This document shows, piece by piece, positions 50,571 through 61,262 of a DNA stretch of 64,000 nucleotides. Positions within the stretch are counted from its first letter, which is position 1; every line of letters starts with the position of its first letter. The notes under the pieces are model-generated. The model was not told the origin of the DNA. It saw only the letters and a program-made list of their open reading frames with translations, and made no database searches. The stretch is taken from contig CAUYUJ010000026.1 in NCBI GenBank assembly GCA_963575745.1, positions 372,001 to 436,000 on the forward strand, read 5' to 3'. Made by a program: the position numbers and the translations under genes. The DNA comes from Prorocentrum cordatum (lineage: Eukaryota).

Positions 50571-52154
50571 AACTCTCCACGGGAAAGCAATGGCGGAACC
50601 CAGAATTTCTGGACAATCGCCTTGCACGCGTCTCCGCCGCCATAATGACGGCCCCGAACAGGTGGACTACTGTGGGTAGTGCTAGTGTCAAGCACAGATG
50701 GTCTCTTGACCGAGAGGCTAATGAGCCTCCTACGGTTCATGGTCAAAGAGAAATTGGGGACCATTACAGCCCAACAGTGCTGGGAAACCAGCCCGAGATC
50801 CACCAGATCCTTGTGATCAACGAGAGTGAGGCAGGAAGCGCGGCTCCAAGCCGTGCTCCAAGCCAAGGGCCTAGTGCCATATTTTGGCAGGTCCTCAGCA
50901 CCTCAGATCTGGATCAGATCGCGGCCGCTCTAAATCCTGAGCAGGTGGAACAGCTAGCGGACAGACTGTGCCAGCAAGACCCCTGGGCCGCAGGCCAAGA
51001 GCCATGTCCGCCATGGCGACGCGTAACCGTCAGGCCACGCAGGGAAACCCGCCCGTTAATTGTCTTAGACACGATATGCCCGAACCGCAGGGAGACCCGC
51101 AAACGTTCGGCCGCATCTTCGGAGAGCCTGCTCGATTTGAGCAGATGCCAGGGAGCCCCTCGCATAGCATGCACACACCGAGGGGCATGACCCCAGTGGC
51201 GACGCCACCAGCACAGTCTCCGTTTGGGACTCCTGGTCGCTCTGCCACGAATGGCACTCTCATGGAGCGGATCGCCGCGGCCAGAGCTGAGCATGGCACA
51301 GCTCTTCTGAACATGATGCCACCTGGCACGCCAACGAGTCTGCAGGGAAACCTGCCCGGCACTCCAACACACCACCGACCTTTTGCTGGCCAAACTACTG
51401 CTGCTGGAGTGCCTGACGACTACCGCGCAAGGGTGGCAGCTGCGGTACAACAGGTGCAGAGTCGCAACCTCCCCACCCAAGTGGTCAGAGGTGGAGGCCG
51501 GCCTGGTCCTGGGAGCCAGAGGGTCCGAACCCACGTGACCCTGCTCGGCAACGAGCCTTTATCCCGGCCTTCAATGCTCATCCGAGCATGGCTCAGGGCC
51601 AGAGGCCAGCGCCAGCACCAATGGATCCGCCACTGTACCCAGACGGGTCTAGAGTCCCGAACAGATTTGTTCGCGAGACGGCGGATCAATTTCATAGCTT
51701 CACGAATGTGCGCTGCAGTGACCAGTCCATGTATCCGAACATGGCCTTCATGCCCGCACCGACAACGCCAGAGGTGGCCGTCCAGCCTACTGCCCATTCG
51801 ATATCATCAGGCAGTAGTGGAGTACCAGACTACATCAGGCAGACGTACCACACTCAACAGGCGTGTTTTAGGAGCAGGCAGGCAGTACAGAGCGTACGTG
51901 ACCAAGCACGTGCAGCTGCACTTGAGGTCGTGAGGAACAGAGGCTCACCTATGCGAGGAAACTCGCCAGCTGTGTCGCCCGCAGCCTCCACAACGGCAGC
52001 TCCTCCAGCAGTGGTTGCCGTAGCGCCGGAGGTACTGGCGCCCGCAGGAGATCCTCCAGTTGTTTTCCTAGGCTCCGAAACAGTCCTGGAGCGGCAGCGG
52101 CGGGTATACCCTAGAGCGGCAGATGTGGAAATCTATGCTGGAATGGAAGACACC

Positions 52155-52313
52155 TGTGCGGTATGCCTCGAGGAGTTTCAGCCGAGGGAGAGCATTTACC
52201 GCTGGAGGTGCAACCACCTGTTCCACGAGGAGCGCTGGAACTCGAATGTGGTGGGCCATGTTGCTAATCAGCGAGAAGGAGACCCTCAGCAACCAGTACG
52301 TGCTATCTGCCGA
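52155..52313 (+). pseudogene. RING-H2 zinc finger (two Cys changed to Arg)
   Basis: CAVCLEEF...RCNHLFHEE(R)W...(R)AICR. Confidence 0.8.
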
Positions 52314-53204
52314 GCGCCAGGCATCATAGCGTCATCGTTTCCATGGGCCGGCTCCTATACTCAGGCCCCCGAACAGGCAGCGAGTGAGCTGCGGGAGTTA
52401 AGGAGCATGGTGGAGGAGATGACAGCCAGTATGCTGGACAGGCAGACAGCGCAGCCCCAGCAGCGGGGAAACCCGCCGGAGGAGGTGAGATCACCGATGG
52501 GGACGGGATACTTCGACCAACTTATCCCGATGACGGCGCCTCAGCAGGGAAACCTGCCTAACACTCCACCTGTGCCGATCCTTCCGACTCATTGCGAGCC
52601 TGGAGTCGGGCAGGTGGCTCCTCCGATGTCTCCCCAGAGTGGGGGTGGGGCCGAGCTGCCACTGGGCCCTGAACAGCTGCGAGAACTGCGTGTCTGCCAC
52701 TTCCAGACCCAGATGGACAATGCACACACTACGTTCATGTTGGACGCCAATAATCCTGAGACTGAGAACTCGTCGTTGGATCTCTCAGACTCATCAGTGG
52801 CCACAGCGGCAACAGCAGTCAGGGCCGTCGAGCTCTCAGCAACGAACAATGAGTTCGACGAGTGGTTGCATTACAGGGACCACCTTACGAATGAGGGGTT
52901 ACAGGACATCTCCCTTCATTCGTACTTGACGCTGACGCGGCGTACTACCCGCGAACAGTACACGAGCATACGTGATGAGTATGCCCACTGGCAGGAGGAA
53001 CAGGGCGCCCAAGCCCAGAACGTGTCGTACTCCCAGTACATCGATCTGGCACGTATGGCCGCAGGAAGGCCAGGTGCCAGCACGATGCGGGGAAACCCGC
53101 CAAGAAGTACGACCGAACTGCGGGGAAACCCGCCAGACAGCACAGCCGGCACTTCAGAGACAGTGCACATCAAGCAGCCTAGTAAGACCTTTCTTGAGGA
53201 TGGT

Positions 53205-53645
53205 GGAAATTCAATCCTCATAGACGTGGGCTCGAAGATCAACATAATGGGAGAAAATACGAGCCGCAAGTTCGTTCAGGCTGCTGAGGCACATACTCGT
53301 CCTTGTACGTTTGAACCTCGCTCTCGTTTAAACATCAACGGGGTAGGCGAGGGGTCGGCCCCGGCTGATACCGTGGGCACCTTCAGCATTGCCTGCGAGT
53401 ACCAGGGTTCGACCCAGCTCGACTCGTACAAGACAAAAATTGTGTCAGGCTGTGGCAAGGACCTGCCAGCTATCCTGGGCCTCGACAGTACGCAGGACAA
53501 ACTCATTATTATTGTGCTCGAACGAGGCCAGGAGAAGCTGAGATTCCCTGGGAAGGGACAGGTCAAGATGGAACTCCCCGAGGGCTCCAAGATCATGCCA
53601 ACAACGAAGTTGCCATCAGGGCATCTGTCAATCAGGTGTGATCGA
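53205..53645 (+). pseudogene. pol: Retropepsin-like aspartic protease
   Basis: ILIDVGSKINIMG (catalytic Asp at 53223), flap-like INGVGEG, C-terminal LPAILGLD. Confidence 0.8.
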
Positions 53646-54211
53646 CTCTGAGCCGCGGGGCAACCCGCCTCGAGCACAAGTACCACATCGTTCCAGACGG
53701 TGCTGACAGGCGAGCCGACCCCTGCGCAAGAGCGCCAACAATTGCAGGGGAACCTGCCTCATGGGGTTGCTCGAGACACTCGCCAAAGCGACGGACGATG
53801 AGCGGCGACAGCATCGATGATCTGGAGACGTTCGATTGCTTCGTAGCCAGGACAATGGCCCAGCATGGTGGACTTGTACCCATGGATGCTGCACGGCCCC
53901 GCCGGAAGATAGTGATGGGATACTCGAGTCATGAGCTGCAGACGGTTAACGACGCAAGGTCGAAAGGCCTATTGAAGCAGCTGATGGACAATCCATCCAT
54001 GCTGGCTGCGTTTGCAGAGCAATCCGCCTCTGAGGCTACCGCGCGCTGCAGTGCTGAGCTCCAGCATCTGAGGGAAGCCCAGATGCTGGCAGACGTTGCA
54101 GGCGCATCTTCTTTATCTTGAAGATGGCAGGGCGACGCTGCCCCCTCGCCGCCTTGCCTAATGACCGATAGGCCAGGGGGTAACAAGGACAGCGGGGCAA
54201 CCTGCCATAGT

Positions 54212-54778
54212 AAAAGAGCTTTCGTCATCGAAGATACGAGAGAGGCTTGCGCCGACCTCCGCACCCGAGGTTATATCTGTGATCGCATTTCCCACAATGA
54301 ACTTATGACGACTGTGGGCACATATTACCTGGGTGCGGTGATCAGTGGGGACTACACTCTAATATGGGTCAGTACCCCGGGTGACTGGCATGCACGAACC
54401 CCAGGAAAGAGGATAGCCCCACACTGGTCTCGTATTCAAAACCTTCTGACAAAAGCCAAGAAGCTCCGCGTGGAAATCATAGTGTGTGGCCCTCCGGGAT
54501 ACGTTTGGAAGTTATCCCCAAGACGTGATACTCTGGAAGATCTCAAGTTGACGGTAGTAAGAATGCGGTTGTGTCATTTCGGTATCAGGTTTAGTATGCA
54601 AGACAATACACCGAGTGGTACCTATATGCAGGTAGCCACATCAATACCGATTAGTTCTAAGTTGTGGGCATGTGCGTGCAAACTGGCGATGCCACAACAT
54701 GTGTTGGATTGGTACGGTCAAACGGTGCGACATGCCGAATGGAGAGCTCAGACACGCATCGCACTCATCCGTCACCTC
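54212..54778 (+). pseudogene. Divergent first copy of a methyltransferase-like domain
   Basis: Collinear with 55511-56134: LIWVSTP, IIVCGPPGYVW, VRMRLCHFGI, MQVATS, CAC...QH. No recognisable SAM-binding loop or catalytic Cys. Confidence 0.45.
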
Positions 54779-55510
54779 AACGACAAAGTCCTGGGCAGCA
54801 ACACTACGCACGGAAACGTGCCGATATATTTGAACACATATACACGTACGGATCACAACATTCCTCACTATGTGACGACCAACAAAGGAGGACTGAAATG
54901 GCCTGATGTCATCCGACGTGTAATAATCAACCTGGATACGAACACGGTTATACAGGATATCGCAGTAGCCGATCAACCAACAGGATATGATTGGCATGCA
55001 CCACTACCTACAGGGGTTGCCAACATCAGTACACGGATGTACTGGCAGCCCGAGGAACCGGTCATGCTCGGAAACGAGCCTACTCAATCACCACAGAAAC
55101 CTAGACGCGTCATCATAGATGACTGTCCTTCTCCCCTCCCGACTCTGGAGATTGAAGCATGTGCCCACTCATCAGCGACGATGGGCACACAGACCGGTGA
55201 ACAAGACGAGCAAGTCTTACCTACGGTGTCGCGTATCAAACAGAAGGTAAGGCTCAAAGCCGAAAAGGAAGCAGGCGTCAAGCCTCGCCGCATCAAAAAG
55301 CACGTTGAAGACGGAAACGATGATTGCGGTGACGACTTGTCGGGACTCGGACAGGATCTTATGGCGACCTGGAGCACTTACGTCCCTGTTGAGCTGATAA
55401 GCTCAGATGAGGGTGATGACCTGTTCCTTACCCTCCTCACATCTATGCCCGACCCACGCGCTGACATATATAGCATAGTAGCTACTCTATGCTATGGTCA
55501 CAATAATTGC

Positions 55511-56134
55511 GTGCATATGTTGGAGCTTTGTGGAGGTGAGGGTGGTATTTCAGAGCTTGCCTTCTCAAGGGGTCTTTCCTCAGGAGGCAACTTAGACAAG
55601 ACCACATGTGTCGACCTGGAAGATCCCTCGGTGCAGCGAGCTGTAGATCATTACTTCGCAGTATGCCACGTACGAGTAGCCATGCTACAGCCCAGTTGTC
55701 GCACCACAGGACCACCATCCTACTACAACTACAAAGTCAACCGCAGCACTTCGGAACAACATCCTAAATAAGATTTGCCACACATAACTTATTGTGGCAA
55801 GATAGCTGTTACTCAAGAGAATGCGCGGAGGTGGTTTATACGCGAACAACCCACAGGAACATGGGTGGATGATATTTCCCCATGGAAAGAACTTGCCAAC
55901 CGACCACGTATCACAACCGTACACATCGACCAATGTGCGACGGGACTCAAAGATACGGCTGGCGACTATATCAAGAAACCGACAAATATCACCAGCAACG
56001 ACGAGACGATTCTTAAACCTTTTGAGCGACTCAAATGCAACGGTCAGCATGTGCACGCACAACCGTGCAACAGGGAGCTTTCAATGACACAAAAATACAC
56101 TCGACGACTGCAGCCCGCCTTTGTGGAAGCTGTT
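55511..56134 (+). pseudogene. Cytosine-5 DNA methyltransferase-like domain (in-frame TAA at 55769-55771)
   Basis: Motif I-like MLELCGGEGG, motif IV-like LQPSC (55688-55699), motif VI-like FIREQP, then IDQCATGL...KKPT. The order matches C5-MTases but the motifs are non-canonical. Confidence 0.6.
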
Positions 56135-56924
56135 TACTTGGCGAAAGCCATTGACACCACGCGCGGAGACGCGCCTACACGCACTGCGCGTGCTTACCCT
56201 GCTGACCTTCCTGATCAAGCTGAACCAGGAAGAGGTGCGAGACGCATCGGCGATCGCATCATCCCAAAAGTGGCTACATGCCCAGCATGCATCGACAATG
56301 TCCGAAAGGACAGTCCCAGCCACAACAGAGATCCTACACAGTGTAAGTATCATGATTCTATCTCTGTATATTGGCCATGTCCTGCATGCCAAAGGGACCT
56401 TACGATAAGCAAGGGCGTTAAGAACCGCCTCGACACTGAGCCCGGCAAACGCCGTTTTGCTGAGCCGTTCAAACTCCCAGATGATCATGATCCCGAGGGC
56501 AACAATGTGCCAGCTCGGTGGAAACCCTTGCCCAAGCCTGGGGAGGGCCACGCTTCAGCATCGGGCGGCCGTCAGGGCGCTCACGCCGGGCCACCGCGAC
56601 CACGAGCCTTTGGGAACACTGATCCTACATCTGGCGCCAGCAGTTACGATATACTGCGAGACGCGCCCGAGCGTGGAAACACGCCTTCCGCGTCTTCAGG
56701 CGAGCCGCCACAAGTAGCGGCCCGCCGTGGTCGCCTACAAGGCGTACCACCACCACCAGATGCAGTTGACGAAGGAGACCGACTGCGCAGAGCCACAAGG
56801 AACCCTCTTGCCTCAACCGGCTCGGGGGCTCCACGACTGCCCGACTGGACGAGATTTGACATCCAACGCAGTCGGCAAAACCTCCGTAGTCACGAACCTC
56901 ACGTAGTCAAAAAGGACCTCCGTA

Positions 56925-57900
56925 AATTGCACTTGCGGTGGTACCATGCGAAGGAACCCAAGATGAGGCTGATCCTAGACAAAGTGGGACTGGACAACGT
57001 TCGACTAAATATGATCAAAGAAATCTGTGACACATGTTTGGGAATGTAGAGCATGGGAACGCCCAGGTAATTCTACGCTACCCTCCGTGAGCCTCCCTGG
57101 AAATTGGCTTGACGAATGTGAAGTAGATCTCATGTTTTACAAGAAACGAACCATATTTCATATTATGGACCGATGTATCCGCCTGGCAGCAGGCCAAGAG
57201 ATTCCTGATAGAGAACGTGACACTATACTCGACGCCTACCACTACTGCTGGATTGCCTATCATGGACCCTTCAAAGTCTTGTATTCAGATGGAGAAGGCG
57301 CCCTCAACAATGACACTGCCAATGCCATGATGGCGAACAAGGGTGCGACACTTCGTATCCGAGCGCCTGGCCAACGCGCGACCTCGATCGAGTCACGCAA
57401 CGGCATTCTTAGGGGCACCCTCCATATGATCGAGGAAGAGCTGAATAGACACAACATCCCCGTTGTATTCACTAGAGTGTTGGCTGAAGGCATCTTCGTC
57501 ACTAACGCTTTCACGTTTTACAACGGAGTATCGCCATACCAAGCACGCACTGGGCGACAGCCCTCCTTTCTTCCTGACCTCGACACCCTTGACTTCCTCA
57601 GGGGGGCCGAGACGTCAGGCCACGAACGGGAGCGCCGCGTGAGGGAAGTTAGCCTGGACGCAATAACACAAGCCACGGCGGTAGCTAAGACAAATCGTGC
57701 TCTCAGGGCTAAGACGGCCCCAGATGGTGCTCGCCTTTACTCAGCAGGGGACTTGGTCGACTATCACCGACCTACAGCCACTAAGGACGACCATGGAGGC
57801 TGGAATGGCCCGTTTCCTGTGATCCGTAACGTGCCTGAACGAGGACACGTCGTCGTCAAGGCAGGATCACGTGAGGTAATTGTAATGCACCCTGATGCTC
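56925..57900 (+). pseudogene. pol: Integrase: HHCC, DDE core and C-terminal GPF region (frameshift at ~57038)
   Basis: LHLRWYH...CDTC/xEC; EVDLMF, YSDGEGA, SIESRNGILR; GVSPYQARTGRQP; GGWNGPFPV. Confidence 0.92.
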
Positions 57901-58939
57901 GACACACGCTATATATTGAATGCCTCCTTACCAGGGAACTTGGCATGGACAACATGGCCATGCAAACCGTCCTTACATATGTGGCACACCTTGGTGCAGG
58001 GAAACCTGCCACAGTCTTTGGCTGTATACCAGATTACAAGGGAAACCTCAATCTGCCGGACGACAGCAAGTTCCACCCGCGCGTGCACCTTGCACTACAG
58101 TATCTCGTGCGAAATTATTTCCGAGTTGAACGCGTAGTAGCCGTGAGACTGGCCAGGAGCGTGTCTAGTCTACCTGCATTTCAGTACGCCACCGGGTCTA
58201 CACTGATCCACTACGACAACGACGTCAACCCAGCCTTCCACTACTATGAGTGTGTGGGCACCGGCTTGAACATCTCCCAAATCACTGGTAGCACTCACTC
58301 CAGACTCATCCAGTGCCTGACGTCACATGTTCCTTCCCTAGCATTTCATGACGACCTTGCCACACATCAGCACTTGAGCACAACATCTGGAGAACATGAC
58401 CAGCCTGGAGACAGGCCTCCACCAGACACCCCAGGTGCTTCATCACCAAGTGAAGGTCGCCTGTCTACAATCTACAAAGAAAACGAGGAACATGACATCG
58501 AGGCTATGGTGATGGAGGAGTGGTACGACGAACTACGTATGGACCTTCATCCCACAACGGTTACCGACGACCATCTCTACTGCGTCCCAACAACCATGCT
58601 GCCCGACCAATGTGTTCTGGTCTCAGCATCCGTGGACGAGGAAGATATCATAGTGTCGGAAACGCTCGGAGACGAGCCTGAACCACAAGAGCCCTGTCTT
58701 ATCTCTCTATGCTCGACTACATCTGACGAGAGCTATTCTCTTGACAGTGATGAACATGGTCCTCATGTTGAGTTATGTTTCACACCAGAAATGTCAAAGG
58801 TAGTGTTGGACCAGACCCAACTTGCACAGCTTGAAACTGACATGGTCACAACGATCAGAGTATATGTATCATCGGCTGCTAAACGTGCTGTGGTAGTCAA
58901 GGAAGACGACCTACTCACCAAAGCCGATATAGCAGCACA

Positions 58940-59990
58940 CCCTAAAGAGGTTAGTGAAGCTTTGTGCACCGAACTCAAGATCTGGCTTGATAACCGGTGC
59001 TTCGATATGTATGACCTATCTAAAGCTTCCAACATCATGACATCCAGCTATGTATACAAGTGGAAGTTTGCGAAGGTAGGCACCGAGAATGTTAAAACCA
59101 TCCGTCTCAGACTTGTCCTTCGTGGATTCATGGACACGGAGGCGTTTGATGTAGAAACCTTCTCAGGAACTGCTCGAAGACAGCCCCAGAGGCTCCTGGC
59201 AAGTGAGGCGGCATGCCATCCATAATGGATCTTAGCATCTATGGATATCGACAAAGCGTTCCTCAAAGGTCTGAACTATGAGGAACTTGCTCATGCCACC
59301 GGCGAGGAAACTCGCATGGTTTGCTTCGCTCTTCCACCAGGAAGCGCCCAGGTGCTTCGTGCACTACTTGGCTTCTCTTCTTACGATGAAAGCCGACACT
59401 GCCTCAGGTGCCTCAAGCCAGGGACGGGTACAGAGGACGCCCCAAGAGCGTTCTCCCTCAAGCTTCGTACGACCACACGAGCGAAAGGCCTCGCACCGAC
59501 CAGTTACGATCCTGAGTTTGAATTCAGTCAAGATCTGTTAACGGCAAAACATGTCGATGATATCAACATGACAGGCCTAGAGAAAACTGCAGATGACTAT
59601 GTACAACGTGTCGAAAAAGTGGTTGGTAAATGCAAGCTCAACAAACATTCTTATACGAACCGCGCCGTTCGCTACACCAAGAATGAACAAGGGGATGTGA
59701 TCATGGACCAGGACGAGTACATTAAACAATTACGTCCTATCACGCACCCTGAACTTACGGGAGCGGCGGCTGACGCCAAAGCTACCAAACTCATCACCGA
59801 CATGTTCGTTAGCCTGCGAGGAGCTCTCGCCTATGCCCTTCTTACCCAAGTCTGGCTTATGGTGCATGTAGTCTCACTCCAGAAGATCCAAGAGCCCACC
59901 ATCTTACAAGTCAGACGACTGAATGCTGTGGCGCGGAAGCTGATCAGCAGCCCGGAACGCATCGCCTTCCCTCGGATGAAACCGGCGAAC
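58940..59990 (+). pseudogene. pol: Copia-type reverse transcriptase (in-frame TAA at 59223-59225)
   Basis: YVYKWK...RLRLVLRGFMD, MDIDKAFLKG, LKPGTGTEDAPRAF, HVDD (59550-59561), MDQDEYI, SLRGALAY. Confidence 0.95.
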
Positions 59991-59993
59991 TAA

Positions 59994-60640
59994 GTAGACA
60001 TACACAGTACTTCGGGGTATCGGAAGCTCACCGGTGAGGAAGACGATGAGACCAAAGGCTACGGCATCCGTGGGGCTAACGTATTGCGGCGAGGAAACTC
60101 GCCTCAAGGCAAATCCGTCATCCACCTTTGCGACGGACTATGCGAATCACACCGATTGCAGGTGAGGTCCAGCTATGCCGCTGAGGCCCTTGCAGCTGCA
60201 CACAACCTTGATGAATGCTACCCCACGCTCATCACTCTCCACGAGCTCAAGTTCAAGGCAGGGGCACTTACTCCACGACAGCTACGAGATATGCGTGAAG
60301 TTGGAGGCCTAGCCATTAAAGTATCACTTACTATAGACGCTGACTCTGTATACAAATCGCTATCCAGCAAAGATCTTAAGATACCGACGGAACGGATTTT
60401 GCTGGGACATATCAGCTGGATACGTGAGCTCATGGATATAGGTATAGTGCACAAAGTCACAACGTACGGTGGTGTGATGCTAGAGATATGACCGCAGATG
60501 GGCATACAAAGGGGAGTATCGATCGGGAGCTGCTGTTGGAAGTGATGTCAGGCACGCAGTCATTTAAGTATGCCGTGAAGCAGTTTGTTCCCTTTCGGGG
60601 TCCTGAGGACAGAAACGAGCCTAAGTCAAATCAGTTTTAG
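59994..60640 (+). pseudogene. pol: Copia-type RNase H (frameshift at ~60455; polyprotein stop TAG at 60638-60640)
   Basis: VRSSYAAEALAA, TIDADSVY, WIRE, WCDARDMTADGHTKG. Confidence 0.9.
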
Positions 60641-61004
60641 TCTGTCCTTGTTGCCCCGCGGTCCAGTCTGCCAGCACGGCGCCCTCCTAGTTGCTCGGAA
60701 ACGAGCCTTTTCACGCTTGGCAACGAGCCTGTTCAGATTGATTCCGGCTCTTTGCTTTAATACCCCTTTTGCTCGGGGAGGTATAGCCCGTTTGGCTTGC
60801 CTCTCGCCGGGCCGATAGCCCTTTGATGTCCAAGGGGCTATCTTGCGTATGCGTGAAAATGCTTTGCGAGGAAACTCGCCTTACAGTCTGGTGTTAGGCC
60901 AGACTGTACGCATTGTTTTTCTTGCAAACAGTCGTGCGCGCGGCATTTGTGGAGCCTAACGGCTGCGCGGCTATGCTCACCGTCTCCTCCCCTCCCGACT
61001 TTGA

Positions 61005-61262
61005 GGTCGCTCTTTGGGAGATGTTATATAGGATCGGGAGTGTAGCTCGCGCGCCGTTGCCTTTGGCTCAAGGCACGCGCGCCCTATTTGCCCGGGCGCT
61101 GCTTGTGTTCGCTATGTGCTGGAAAGATCACTACATCGATCTTATCCTATCTTATCCGTCCACTCCCCATACTGAACTACCCCAGCATGGCATTGGACGC
61201 TATCTGCCATCCGCTTCCCATGGAATCGGATGCTATTTGACTTACCACAGTCATTTCAGACT
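61005..61262 (+). repeat. 3' LTR
   Basis: Direct repeat of 45165-45402, followed by GATACA. Confidence 0.93.

Larger units (their letters stand above)
45158..61262 (+). mobile_element. Giant (~16.1 kb) Ty1/Copia-type LTR retrotransposon, disrupted, with accessory domains
   Basis: Paired LTRs, PBS, candidate TSD GATACA (45152-45157 and 61263-61268), and domain order Gag-CCHC...PR...INT-RT-RH, which is diagnostic of Copia. Confidence 0.95.

Noticed and set aside
45619..60879. Reading the RGNP/QGNL/LGNE peptides as protease cleavage sites or protein repeats
   Set aside because: The variable residues co-vary by nucleotide complementarity, and the motif also occurs in other codon phases and in the 3' UTR, so the constraint is at nucleic-acid level.
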